From Marsupella aquatica (taxonomy: Eukaryota > Plantae > Marchantiophyta): a DNA stretch of 64,000 nucleotides. The notes below the pieces were generated by a model. It was given only the letters and a program-made list of their open reading frames with translations, searched no databases and had not been told where the DNA came from. The translations under genes and the position numbers were made by a program. Numbering within the stretch: the stretch's first letter is position 1; each line of letters starts with the position of its first letter. The DNA lies in assembly GCA_973895155.1 (NCBI GenBank), contig OZ316891.1, positions 26,405,972-26,469,971 on the forward strand, written 5' to 3'. Shown piece by piece: positions 13,890-25,194 of this stretch.

Positions 13890-14345
13890 CACGGTGTTTA
13901 AGCGGTTTAGAGAGCTTGGATTGAAGTTGCATCCTGGCAAAAATAAGTTTTTCCATGACCTCATTGCATATTTAGGGCATACCATTTATCTAGGTGGATT
14001 GGGTATGCAATAGACAAAGGTGAAGGCAATTGCTGGCATCCCTCAGCCTACAGATGTGAGTAGAGTCCGAGCATTTTTGGGGCTTGCAAACTTCTATCAA
14101 AGGTATGTGAAAGGATTCAATGCAATTGCAAAACCTTTGACGTTACTTACAAGACTGGACCATGAGTGGCAGTGAGGTGCTGAACAGGATAGGGTTTTTC
14201 ATCAATTGAAGGAGAAGCTCACGTCAGCACCCATCTTGAGGAGACCTATCAGGGGACGTCCATTTAGGTTGCATACTGATTGGAGCATGGTGGGACTTGG
14301 AGCAGTGCTCATTCAGCAGGATGATGAGGGAAGAGAGTTTGTGGT
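13890..14345 (+). pseudogene. pol: RT C-terminus and RNase H N-terminus
   Basis: LKLHPGK..YLGH, VRAFLGLANFY, APILRRP..FRLHTDWSMVGLGAVLIQQDDEGREFVV, then cut by the LTR at 14346. Confidence 0.88.
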
Positions 14346-15087
14346 TGTCGTGTTAGAGTACATCGATGTACCAGCTGTGTGATGACTGCAAACCTATCTA
14401 GTAAATGCACTTGCTATCCTATCAACTATCCACTGGCATGCAGAAATAGAAACAAAAAAATATCTGATCTACTCTAATAACAAAATATGAGACGAAGTGA
14501 GTCCGGAGTCAGCAAATGTGTGGTACGCTATACTAAAGGGCGAAAAACCGTGAAGCAGCAATGTAAGTGCTAACCCACGATAAAAAATGACTGTCACTTT
14601 TGTAATCGGCGGAGACGCTAAGTAGCTATCACAATGTGTACGAATGGTGAGCTCCTCCTAACAAGAAATGAGCAAGTATAACTGGATTCACTTAAGAACT
14701 GAAGTGAATGAAGCAAGACCTAGGAGGTATACCCCCTGGGTCCCAAGGGATGGGCTGCCTCACCAGATAAGGCAATCTGTGAGGAGCCCTCCCAGCCATT
14801 GAGACCTCTCCATAAGAGACAAAATAGTGGTGTGCAAGATAGAATAATCTCATATTAGGCTAACCTACCAGCTAACTAACTTAATTGACTACATGACCCT
14901 ATCCGGTACCGCCGTCTCCTAGGTGGTGGTAAGGCGGGTTGAATCCCAAGCCGCAACCCTAGCGTCAGTCGCTCACCAGCCGCTACGTCTATTTGGCAGT
15001 GCCCTAAATTAATCATGATCACCGCTAACTAGGATAGTCGCTCAAACTCGAGTATGTGATTAAGCGCCGATGAGGGTTTGCATGACA
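14346..15087 (-). repeat. 3' LTR of the DNMT-PHD gypsy
   Basis: Inverted termini TGTCGTG...CATGACA; interrupts the RNase H of the host element after GTGGT; partner LTR not in window. Confidence 0.7.
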
Positions 15088-15089
15088 AT

Positions 15090-15219
15090 TGTCGTGCTAG
15101 AGTGCATTGATGTACCAACTATGTTGTGACTGCAAACCTGTATAGTGAATACACTTGCTATTCTATCAGCTGTCCACTAGCATGCAAAAATAGAAACAGA
15201 AAAACATTTTATCTACTCT
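15090..15219 (-). repeat. 130-bp duplicate of the LTR end (copy of 14346-14475)
   Basis: Colinear ungapped match with scattered substitutions; separated from the LTR by AT. Confidence 0.9.
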
Positions 15220-15234
15220 CCCCTAGGTGGTGAT

Positions 15235-15541
15235 CTACTGGCCTCGTCGATTGGTGGTAGAATGATGTTGCCTAGTGCAGGCATCACAAAACCACTGACA
15301 TTCTGGAATATTGTGCAAGAGGTGTAAGACAAAACAAATGAAAGCCGTTGTTACAACGATCGCAAAGCAACATAAGATGAGCATCATCAATGCGACGACA
15401 AATTTGACAAAGATGATCCATAGATGGAACCCAGTATGCAGTAATTACAGTAGGATGAAGATTAGGTAGGTGGCATGGGGCACAATTTTTGAAGCGATCA
15501 TTGATGGTATGACCATCTGACCTTCCAACAAAAGCACTCAA
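15235..15541 (-). pseudogene. PHD finger at the C-terminus of integrase
   Basis: CQICRRIDDAHLMLLCDRCNNGFHLFCLTP, then after a frameshift LHNIPECQWFCDAC, giving the C4HC3 pattern. Confidence 0.9.
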
Positions 15542-16635
15542 GATACCCGTACTTCCTTGATTTGAAGAATAATCTGACCTGCGGAGGTGTCCAAAATATT
15601 TAGAGTCTGTCGTTGTAAGTAGATATAATCTCCAACTTCAAATTTGTAGATTTTGGGACGGTAGCTGCCACCACGGGTGTAAGCATAGCGCAAAGTATCC
15701 CGATGTTGAGCAATGTGAAGGTTTTGCATGGCCATAGGCATGACTCGCTTGAACAAAGCTGCTTTGTCTAAAATGACCTGAGCCCAAACCTTCTCATTGT
15801 CTAGGTCCACTATCTGGACCATGTGCAATGCAATGGCAGAGGGTGGTACCAGATGTCGACCAAATAATAGAAAATAAGGAGAAAATAATGAAAGAGCTGC
15901 ATGCTTGGACATACGGTAACCCATAGCAATATAGGGTAATTGTAGATCCCAATCAGCCTTGCTTTTGGTAAGGCAAATCTTGCGTTGCCCTTTCTTACAT
16001 GTCTGGATCATGCATTCTGCAAGACCATCAGCTTGTGGATGATCGCATGATGTCCTCCTATGATCAATGAGCGCATGGTCAAGGAGGTCTTGAAACTCTC
16101 CTCTAAACTCTGTTCCCTGATCAGTTAAGCATTCAGCACATGCACCAAATTGGTTGAGAACCTGTTGTAGAAATGTCTGGCTGGTGCTGTGGGATGACTT
16201 GTTACGCAGTGGCACTAACTCAATCCATTTTGAAAAGTGCTCAATCATAATCATCACAAAGATATTACCCCTAGGTGTAATTGGTAAGTCACCAGCCAAG
16301 TCACAAGACCAAAGGTAGAATAACCCCTCAATTGGCAGAGGTCGCAACTACATCTGGCGGTCAGAGGATAAACTCTTTACTCGATTGCATTCTGCACATC
16401 GAGCCAACACATCCCTCACTTGTGTGTACATACCTCGCCACGTGAAGTGAGGAGTGAGCAAGTTGTGAGTTTGTTTGATGCCAAAATGCCCCAACTTTGA
16501 ATGGACCTTTTGTATCAGTGCTGGTCTTTGCAACACACGCGGAACCACTCGATCCCCTGATGGGAATAGCCGGGTCAAATGGTTACCCTTCCATGCATAC
16601 CGACATGCTCTATGTTGGATGCGCTCTCTCTCCAT
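15538..16635 (-). pseudogene. pol: Gypsy integrase (H2C2 zinc site, rve core)
   Basis: HSKLGHFG...CAEC; WSCDLAG, LTDQGTEF, HPQADGLAE. Confidence 0.92.
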
Positions 16636-16814
16636 GAGGGTAGCATTAGAAGGGAAATCCTCCTATTGTATGTAGTGTAGGGTTGCATAATCATTCCATA
16701 TATCTGCAGATGTAGCCTCAGCAACTTGCACATCTGCCAATAGTGCCAAGCAAGCAGTAGCGGTTGGTTAAGTGGTAGCATCAAAATCTTGTCTTGTAAC
16801 CGTGTGATCTTCTG

Positions 16815-16996
16815 TTGTACTCAGAGGACTGCATGACATTGCATCAACATTCTGGTGGGTGACTCCTGGTCGATGGATGATGTCAAAAGTGTACTCCTAC
16901 AAGATCAATGCCCACCTAGCCAGCTTACTAGTCAGTTTGTTATTAGTCATCAACCATTTAAGTGGCTGATGGTCTGTGAACAACACAAACTTCTTA
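16815..16996 (-). pseudogene. pol: RNase H C-terminal half
   Basis: KFVLFTDHQPLKWL...LARWALIL.EYTFDIIHRPGVTHQNVDAMS; continues the frame broken at 33552. Confidence 0.9.
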
Positions 16997-17330
16997 CACT
17001 AGTAGAAACCGGGGGGTATTTAGACCCCATTAAACGACTATTCAGTACCGTATAGGACTTGGAAACGACTGGGAAGGACTCTAGTCCTTTATAGGACTGC
17101 GAGTCGTATGTTTTGTTACTATAATCAACTGAGTCCTTTATAGAACTGGTTTATAAGTCGTTTAATAGTTTGGATTTTCAGTCTATTTTAGTCTTTGTGT
17201 GGGTAGCTTTGGTGAGTCATTTTTAGTCTTTTATGGGCTGCGATGATGAGTCGTTGGGAACGACTAAAAAGGTTATGGAGGGTAGTCTTTAAATATACTT
17301 TGTGGGGTATGTATAAGTCTTTTATGTCAA
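16997..17330. repeat. Left TIR and subterminal GACT/AGTC-core repeats
   Basis: AAACGACT, AGGACT, GAGTCG and TAGTCTTT repeated in both orientations; the same motifs occur at 33395-33530. Confidence 0.8.
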
Positions 17331-17822
17331 CTGGATATGAGTGATGAAGACCCCACTATACTACTTGGAATGAACCCACTCTTGTGCACAAATAACATAT
17401 TGCATTCATGTTTTATTGTGTACTTGGAATGAACTCACTCTATAAGTTCACCATTCATCATGTTAACATTAGAATACATAGTTTCAGAAAGCCATCTTCT
17501 ATACCATGTACACTAATATGAATTCACAGATTCAAACTTCATAGACTACAAAGAAGGTCACAAAGTATTCCTGTATACCATACACACTAATACTGAAATG
17601 ATAAAATAGATTCAAGTATCATAGACAATCACCATAGAGCCATAGTTTGACATCAATCACTTGTTTCATACATACAGAATTCAGAAATATCAATGTCACA
17701 CACAACGTCTCCTTCATCCTCTTTACCAAATGGAAAAATTGGTACAGATATTTCTTGGATCTTTCCAAGGCAATGTCAAAATGTGACACAATTCACATGA
17801 TGCTATCTACACTTGCATTCAG

Positions 17823-18311
17823 TCACTGCAGACTAACACACTCTGATGGCCAGAGCACAAGAGATCCTACTGCATCTGCAATTATTTCCTGAGGTGGATC
17901 ATCGTCTCTATTCGGAAATGGCAAATTACAATCAGATACAATCACTGTAGTCAACAACACTACTACATGGTCATCCGGGACCACTTTGCCATGGAATTTT
18001 GCATGATCCGGTCGCAAAATGCCTGTACCCACACATACCTGCGAGTCATCCTCCCATGATAGAAGATTATGGACTGGCTCTGCTGTGGCTATCACCTCCA
18101 CCTTACCCTGGCTGTTTTTCTTGGCTTTCCTGGGTGGCTTATACATGACATTATTCATACCTTGGTTGCGAGTCATGACTTTGGCATGAGTGTTTTGTGC
18201 TGGTGATCGAGAATTGGCTACACTCTTCTTCAAAGAATCTGCATCCATATTTGACACTTCTGATTGTGTAGCAGGATTTCCCTGCGACATCATCTCAGTA
18301 TCTGCCAACAT
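17823..18311 (-). CDS. Last exon of CACTA TnpA-like gene (Tnp1/En-Spm C-terminal domain)
   Basis: VGTGIL..HGKVVPDDHVVV...LPFP....IADAVGSLVLWP motif typical of CACTA second-gene C-termini. Confidence 0.7.
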   Translation of the reverse strand: MLADTEMMSQGNPATQSEVSNMDADSLKKSVANSRSPAQNTHAKVMTRNQGMNNVMYKPPRKAKKNSQGKVEVIATAEPVHNLLSWEDDSQVCVGTGILRPDHAKFHGKVVPDDHVVVLLTTVIVSDCNLPFPNRDDDPPQEIIADAVGSLVLWPSECVSLQ

Positions 18312-18989
18312 TGTACTTGCTTCAATTGAAGCATCTACAATCTTGCATCCAATGTTGCTCCCAAGTTTCGACGTCGCTTCACCCTACTCCCACTTGGTTG
18401 AGAGTCTGTCAACTCTGCATCAACTACAATTCAGTGTCATGTCCAACATAAGTCAATCACTCATCACATGTGCTAAATGTACATGTCACCAACCACAAAG
18501 TTGTCACTATCTCCTTACCATTATGAACAGCCTTCTTCCCCTTCTTTGCCATTGCCATATGCTCCATGTCTGCTTCTGTTGATCAATAAACACACCACAA
18601 TATTCAGGTTGAATCTATTAACCACTGAATTGTTGCTCAACATTCATATAGAGGAATTTAAAGCATCAGCTTACCTGATACCTCCTTGGCTATGGTCACT
18701 GAGGCACTGGGCACATCTTCTTCATTATTGCTCTTTGAATCACCTGATACATCAATCATGATGTCACTTCAGATCCCAGTTCATCCAACCAGTTCTTACA
18801 GAAAAGATTACCTCCAACCGGCTTAAGCTTCACAAAACTCCATGCACTTTTCAAATGTAATGTATTGGATCATAGCAGGTTACCTGTCTCAGCAACCTTC
18901 TTGCCCTTTTGCTTACTAATTACAGGGTCCTTCTCTGCCTCCACTCTTCCTGCATTCAAACCATTCACTCAATTCATGAAAACTTACTT

Positions 18990-19271
18990 CTAACATTTGA
19001 ACATAGGACACAATGAACAATGGGCCGGTGTCATTTCCATACCTGTGTCAGATTTGCCAATTCCCTTTTTTGTTAACAAGGACACACTTTGTACAATGTT
19101 GCCCTCATTGTTTGGTTGGGAACCACCCAATTTTTCAATCACAAGCTTGAAATTAGATTCCACTGATGCAAGAAGGTTCGCTACAAATGCCTCCACAATA
19201 TCCAAACGATCAGCCAATTTACTTTCCACTCGAGGGAGTCCACACTCTAATGACTTCAACCGTTCACACAT
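18990..19271 (-). CDS. Probable internal exon of TnpA-like gene, coiled-coil
   Basis: Heptad-like RLDIVEAFVANLLASVESNFKLVIEKL; same strand; flanked by GT/AG-like sites. Confidence 0.4.
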   Translation of the reverse strand: MCERLKSLECGLPRVESKLADRLDIVEAFVANLLASVESNFKLVIEKLGGSQPNNEGNIVQSVSLLTKKGIGKSDTGMEMTPAHCSLCPMFKC

Positions 19272-19622
19272 CTCTGTGAGAGTTGTAACAGTTCCCTGTC
19301 ATAACACAGCTTACATATCTCAGATAACTGTCCCCAAGAACTGGTTGCTTACTTCCTACTACATTTCTTTCTGATGCTCAAGGCCAAATAGTCACAGAAC
19401 ATATAGAATTACAACATAATCACCTGTTTGGAAGTTACACTTGTCACCTCACTCCTTTGTTTCATGAACTCCTCTCTCACTTCTTGTGCTGATGGTTCTT
19501 CACCTGTCAATTTCTTCTGCAGTCCACATCAACATACATATGAATGAAACCAAGTGTTGATTGTCAATGAAAATGTAATAATGGTAGCAAGATGATAAGT
19601 TTGAGGCTTACTATCAGGCATG

Positions 19623-20285
19623 TCACTGCCTTACCAATTGTTCTTTCACTGGAGCATAACTTCCTCTCCCAGCCTGTGAAAGGTGTTTCACTTTGCCTCG
19701 AGCATTTGACATCAGTTCACTCTTGCTCTGTCCAGCCTCCGACATGAACCCTTTGATTAACCGTGTCCATTGATCCAGTTCCAATGATGGGGGTGGTGGC
19801 ATTCTCCTGTTAGAACCATTGTCTATCCACATCCTTTTCAACCTATGCCTCTCTTGTTTCAAAATCCTCATTGCATAATCTGATATGCAATCCTCAACTG
19901 GGCCCTTACCATCATTACCAACATACTCCCACCGTTCAAGAATGTCCTTGCAGATAGCAGCCCAATCAGCTTTGTTCTGACTCCTAAACTCTGTAATGCT
20001 CAAATCTAACCAACGCAATACTTCTCCTCTTAGGTCAGAATGCCAACAGTTCTTACCATCACATGTGGGAGTTATCCAACCTTCGGAATTCACTTCTACT
20101 TTACCAAATTTGTTACTGTCTCCTGCCTTGGTACTCCCTGAAGCGCTACTAGGTGTCCCTCCACGGCCTGGTGTCCCCCCACGGCCTGGGGTCCCTCCAC
20201 GGCCTGATCTCCCCCCACGGCCTGGATTGCATTGTCCAAACCTCCCTGGAGTCCCTGCACATTTACAGGATCCATTTATAGTCAC
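19623..20285 (-). CDS. CACTA TnpA-like exon (Ptta/En/Spm transposase_24-like) with GRGGTP repeats
   Basis: RHRLKRMW..PPPSLELDQWTRLIK..SELMSNARGKVKHLSQAGRGSY; 18-bp repeats at ~20155-20225 encode GRGGTP. Confidence 0.75.
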   Translation of the reverse strand: MTINGSCKCAGTPGRFGQCNPGRGGRSGRGGTPGRGGTPGRGGTPSSASGSTKAGDSNKFGKVEVNSEGWITPTCDGKNCWHSDLRGEVLRWLDLSITEFRSQNKADWAAICKDILERWEYVGNDGKGPVEDCISDYAMRILKQERHRLKRMWIDNGSNRRMPPPPSLELDQWTRLIKGFMSEAGQSKSELMSNARGKVKHLSQAGRGSYAPVKEQLVRQ

Positions 20286-20618
20286 TTACATTAGGTAAGT
20301 ATGAATCATAAATCCCGCTGCCAAATATACAGTGGACTTCAGAGCAATTCTGCAATGACCAAGTTACCTCTCCCTTGGCGCATAGATGGTTCTGGACCAC
20401 CTGTCCTATTGCTTTGTCTTGATGAATTAGGGGCGTTTCTCTCGCCTGTGAATGATTGCCTCCTATCTGAACGTGGATGGCCTTTGTTGTTTTCGTGATT
20501 GTCCCAATCAGAGTCTGCATACCAACAGGTACATGCCACACTCATGGACCTGTAAGATAAACTCTTTGCCCTAGCTACACATCAGATAAGTGCATATTGA
20601 GCTAAATCTCTACTACCA

Positions 20619-20990
20619 TCACAAAATCACTAGCACAAGGCACTTACTTGTCCAATCATCCTCCTCACCTTTCCATTGCCCTCTGTACCCGTCTCTACCA
20701 CGCTCTGGGTGTTCATATTCATCCCATCCATCTTCTGCTCCATCATAGTCATCATCATAATCATCAGGCGTCCCTTGCCAATAACTCTGGCTCCTTCTAG
20801 GGTATGGATTATGTGATTTCTCTCTAGCTGCCCACCTACCTGGGACTTGATGAGGGCCCTGTGCATCTTGCACAGGTGCATTTTTCTGTGAGCCCCCTGC
20901 ATCTGGGTCTCCATCCATATCCAATCTTTCCTCTTCACCCCACTCTCCAAGCCCCATGTCTGTCTCCATGTCATCACCCTCTTCCCCCAT
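20619..20990 (-). CDS. Acidic, Gly-rich probable first exon of TnpA-like gene
   Basis: ATG ORF rich in D/E/G; GTAAGT donor near 20650. Confidence 0.45.
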   Translation of the reverse strand: MGEEGDDMETDMGLGEWGEEERLDMDGDPDAGGSQKNAPVQDAQGPHQVPGRWAAREKSHNPYPRRSQSYWQGTPDDYDDDYDGAEDGWDEYEHPERGRDGYRGQWKGEEDDWTSKCLVLVIL

Positions 20991-21167
20991 AGCTTTTGCA
21001 CAGCACCCACAACCAAACAGGGAGAATCAGCACACTAAATTCAAAGTATCAATCAATTTCATGCATATCCAACTATCCTAAACATCATTCCAGGCAGCAA
21101 TTCCCGTTATGTGACTCTGTGCAGGTAGTCATCCTCAACCTCATACTTGCCAATCGCCAGCTGTTGC

Positions 21168-24100
21168 CTATTGCAAATCATCAACCTCATCATATTCCAT
21201 TTGCCTAGGTTCATCATATGTCTCTCTCAATGTTAAGGGGATGTAGTCAGTCCCTGCCCGAGTTGGAAGTACAGTCTCATGACTAGGATGCTCGAATGCA
21301 GCATGGTCATCCAAACTGAACTCTACTTTACTTCCATCCATCCGCCTGTTCCGTGCTTGGCTATGGCATACCACCCTCCAGCCATGTGACTCCTCCACAT
21401 CTGCAAAGAAAGCCTGTTCAACTTGGCTAGGGAAAACAAAAGGCTCAGACCATTCTGGTACTCTGGACCTAAAATTGGCCAACAAGAACCCATCATGATC
21501 ACGCTTCATGGTGGCCCTTGGTCTCTGCCACTCTGATTTCACCCATGATCCCTTCATCAATATCACTGGGACACTTGTGTTACCATAATTCAACACCCAA
21601 ATGTCGGTCAACTCCCCCACGTAACCCATCTTCATCCACCCCCTCTGTTCTTCAGAGGTTCTCTGCTCAAACACAGAAATCAAACCACAATCATATGATA
21701 CACAATGGTCACCCTGCTCATCCCTCACTCGATAATGATTTCCATAAGCTCTCATCCGTTTGTAGGTCAGAATAGACAATCGTGGTGGCACAGATAGAAG
21801 ATACAAATCCTTCTCCATATCTGGGTGATGTCTACTATGCTCTCGAATTGTCACCCGAATCCACTGCTCGAACTGTGGGAAGGGATCCTGCTGCCCAGAG
21901 TGTGCAGCTTTTTGCATATCATATTCCCTGCATTATGAGGTACAGGCATAGTTAGGTCTAAACAACACATGACAACCTAAGATCACCCTTGGAACAGACA
22001 AGAAGCATCACAACAAAGGCAAGTCAATTCAATCACTCACCTCCACCATGGTTGCATAGGCTCTGTGTTTGCCAGCACATATGAATGAGCCTTGTCTCGA
22101 ATCGCAACAGGCAGCTGAACAGCACGTCCCACACCTTCAACAACCTCGCCACTCACTCCATCATCTTCACCAGATTTCCAAACTCTTGTCATAGCTTCAC
22201 CAGACCCAGCCATGTACTCTGTTAGGAATCCCAACGTCTCATCCTTAATGTACCCCAATGCCATGGAAGCCTCTGGCCTGTAGTATGTTCTCACATGACC
22301 TTTCAACAACTTCATGTATCGCTCCATAGGGTACATCCATCTGGTACTGACTGGCCCATACTGCCCTAGCTCTTCTACCACATGGATTAGGAGATGAGTC
22401 ATAACATCAAAGAAAGCAGGGGGGAAGTATATCTCCAAGTCACAGAGGACATAAGCAGCATCCTGCTTCAACTGCTCCAATCCTTGGGGATCCCACACTT
22501 TCACACATATACGGCGAAATACATTGCACAGTCGAAGAATGACATTACGGACTGGTTTCTGCATGAGACCTCTGAGGCATAGGGGCAGAATGTGCTGCAT
22601 CAACACATGGTAGTCATGTGTTTTCATACTGCCAAGTTTATTCTTTGTAATATGCTTCTTGAAGGCACCAGCATAGCCAGAGGGCACTTTCAGACAACTC
22701 AATCTATACAAGAATGTCTTCCATTCATCCTGTGTGCACACATAGGGAGCTTGGAACTTGAGAAGTACATTGGGATTGCTTGCATGGGGCTTCAACCAAA
22801 GGTGAGGGCGAATCCCCTTCTGTTGCATATCAGCTCGAACTGCTCCTGTATCTTTCTCACCCGACAAGAACTTCAGCAAGCTCTCACAAATATTTTTCTC
22901 AATGTGCATGACGTCCACATTGTGTTTGCTAGGCTCGAATTCCTGCACTCCACAAAGCAAAGAATTCAACAACAGAAACACTAATTAACCACATAGGAGG
23001 ATTGTAACCAACATCAATCCACCATTGCTCCAATCTAAAATTGCAATCATACAGGGGCTGGAGGCTAAGTACATTACCCTCCAGTACTCCAACTCCAAGT
23101 CCATCAAGGTCTGTCTTTTCACACCGTGTTTCACCACTGGATCCTCAAGTTCTCGATCAGTGGCACTTCTCTTGTCCCAATCAGCCTTCCTGGCTGCCCA
23201 CCTCAGGACTTGCTCTCTGGTGACCCTCTGTGGTGGGCCACGAAGCTCTGTTTTGTTGTTGAAGTGTGCAATTTGAGACCGTGTGTGCCTGTAAGGATGA
23301 TCAACAGGCAGATACCTTCTATGCCCCTGAAATTTCATACTGTGCAGGGCATGCGACCACTCACTTGTCACATTTTTCCCACATGGTGTGCACCCCACAT
23401 AGCCCTTTGTCACTCGTCCAGATATGATGCCATGGCCTGGGTAATCTGCTATATCCAGCAAACAAATTGCATGCAGTCTAAAGGGGCTGGGTCAAAGAAG
23501 CCCCTTCAGAACATCATGGGTTAACACCCCTTCTATCCACAAAGTCTTCCACTCTTCCACTGCTGGAGCCAACATGATATCTATGAATTGCTCGGTCACA
23601 GAAGCTGGTCCAGGGATTAACAGCACCATCATGACAAAAAACCTCTTTGTAGTCATCCATGGGGGAAGGTTGTAATTTAGCAGCGTAACCGGCCAACATG
23701 AATAACGGTTGTTTTTGTCTCCAAATGGGTTTACTCCATCCAGTGATAGACCAAATCGAAAGTTCCACTTCTTTGCAGCAAACTGTGGCCACCTCTCATC
23801 AACAAATTTCCAATGGTTGGAATCTCCAATGTGACGCTGCAGGCCATCACTGCTCTTGTTATCAGGAGTCCATGTCATCAGCTTGGAAATGGCAGGGCAT
23901 CTAAACAGACGTTGTAGTCTAGGAATGAGAGGAAAATGACGAAGAACCTTGGCAGGGTGTGTACATTTCCCTACATTCTTGTACCTGTGCTTACCACAAT
24001 GAGGGCATGTCAATTTATCTGCATGCTCTTTGCGAAAGAGAACACACCCATCAGGGCATGCGTCAATAGACACATAGTTCAGCCCAAGGTTAGACATCAA

Positions 24101-24868
24101 TTTCCTAGCCTCGTACATATTTTTTGGAATTGAATTACCATCTGGTAACACATTTCGGCGCAGGAAGGTCAACAACTCTGTCACAAATATATTGGGAACA
24201 TTGTGATTGCCACAGATGTTCAACAACAACACGACAAAACCCAGCTTGGAGCAGTTCGACCCCTCGTAGATAGGAATGCAAGCTTCTTTGATGTGTTTTG
24301 GGCCCCCAAACACCCACTCCCTCTCTGCTGCACCTTCCCCAATGTCAAAGTCAGGTTGAGCTTGGCCGTCGCCAATGTGTGGCTGCGGTTCATTGTCCTC
24401 TTCTGATTCCACTGTGTCGTAAAAAGCATCAAGGTCTTCAAAAATCTCTTGAACCATTCTTGGGACATCCATCCCACCGTCCTCAGTGACTGCCTCTGCA
24501 TCTCCATCTTGGTCATCCACGTTCTCATGTTGGACCCCAGGACCATCCTCTGCACAGTCTATGTCCTGCTCTACGTAGTCTCTACGCCTAGCTGTATTAG
24601 AATCCACAAAGTCAGCTCTCCACTCTTCATCAGAGGAGTCTTCTTCTGCTGGTACATTCCAAACCCTCCACCGAGGGTGCCTTTCATGCCGCAGCAGGTG
24701 AAGGTGCACAGTGTTCAAACTCAATGACTTGAATCCTTGGCACTGTGTGCATGGGCATCTCATCCTCCTACTCCTACCTTGGGCGGCCCGGGCTTGTTCA
24801 TGCATCCACAATTTAGAATCATGATGCCTAATCCTAAATGGGTTGTGAAGAGGCAACCTTGGAGCCAT
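21168..24868 (-). CDS. tnpD: CACTA TnpD/Tnp2 transposase, 3 exons, one in-frame stop at 23492-23494
   Basis: CPCTQC, DACPDGCVLF, LSLDGVNPF, YSCWPV..YNLPP, DYPG, DVMHIEKN, MKTHDYHVLMQ, RWMYPMER, EPFVFPSQVEQAFF; introns at about 23077-22943 and 22040-21929. Confidence 0.93.
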
Positions 24869-25194
24869 CACTATACACACGCACTCAGCACCCTGTCATT
24901 TTATTATGCAAGTGAAAAATACACTTCCTGTTAAGGATTTCACCCCCGACTGTACTTGCCAAAATACGTAATGTTCCAAAAAAACAAAAAAACAAAAAAT
25001 ATAGGTGCCTGAGTCATGTACCTATTCTCAAGTGAATGAGACAAAATTCCTAAATGTTTGAGGGTGTCAACTCCTCCGCTGTCCTCACATGTACTGCCTC
25101 TGCACGTACATCCATGACCATATCAGAGTCCAATCATGTATAGTCATAGACACAGGTGCCAGGTGCGAGACCGGTGTGAGATGTCCTCATCTTA

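Larger units (their letters stand above)
9589..14345 (+). mobile_element. Ty3/gypsy element with internal deletion, inserted in methyltransferase copy B and interrupted at 14346
   Basis: Starts TGTCAC exactly where homology to copy A stops; non-coding LTR-like region (possible end ATGACA at 11198); gag with zinc knuckles; RT tail and RNase H start. Confidence 0.8.

Noticed and set aside
14346-15219. TRIM/mini LTR element with 130-bp terminal repeats
   Set aside because: The repeats do not end in CA, no PBS or PPT lies between them, and no TSD flanks them
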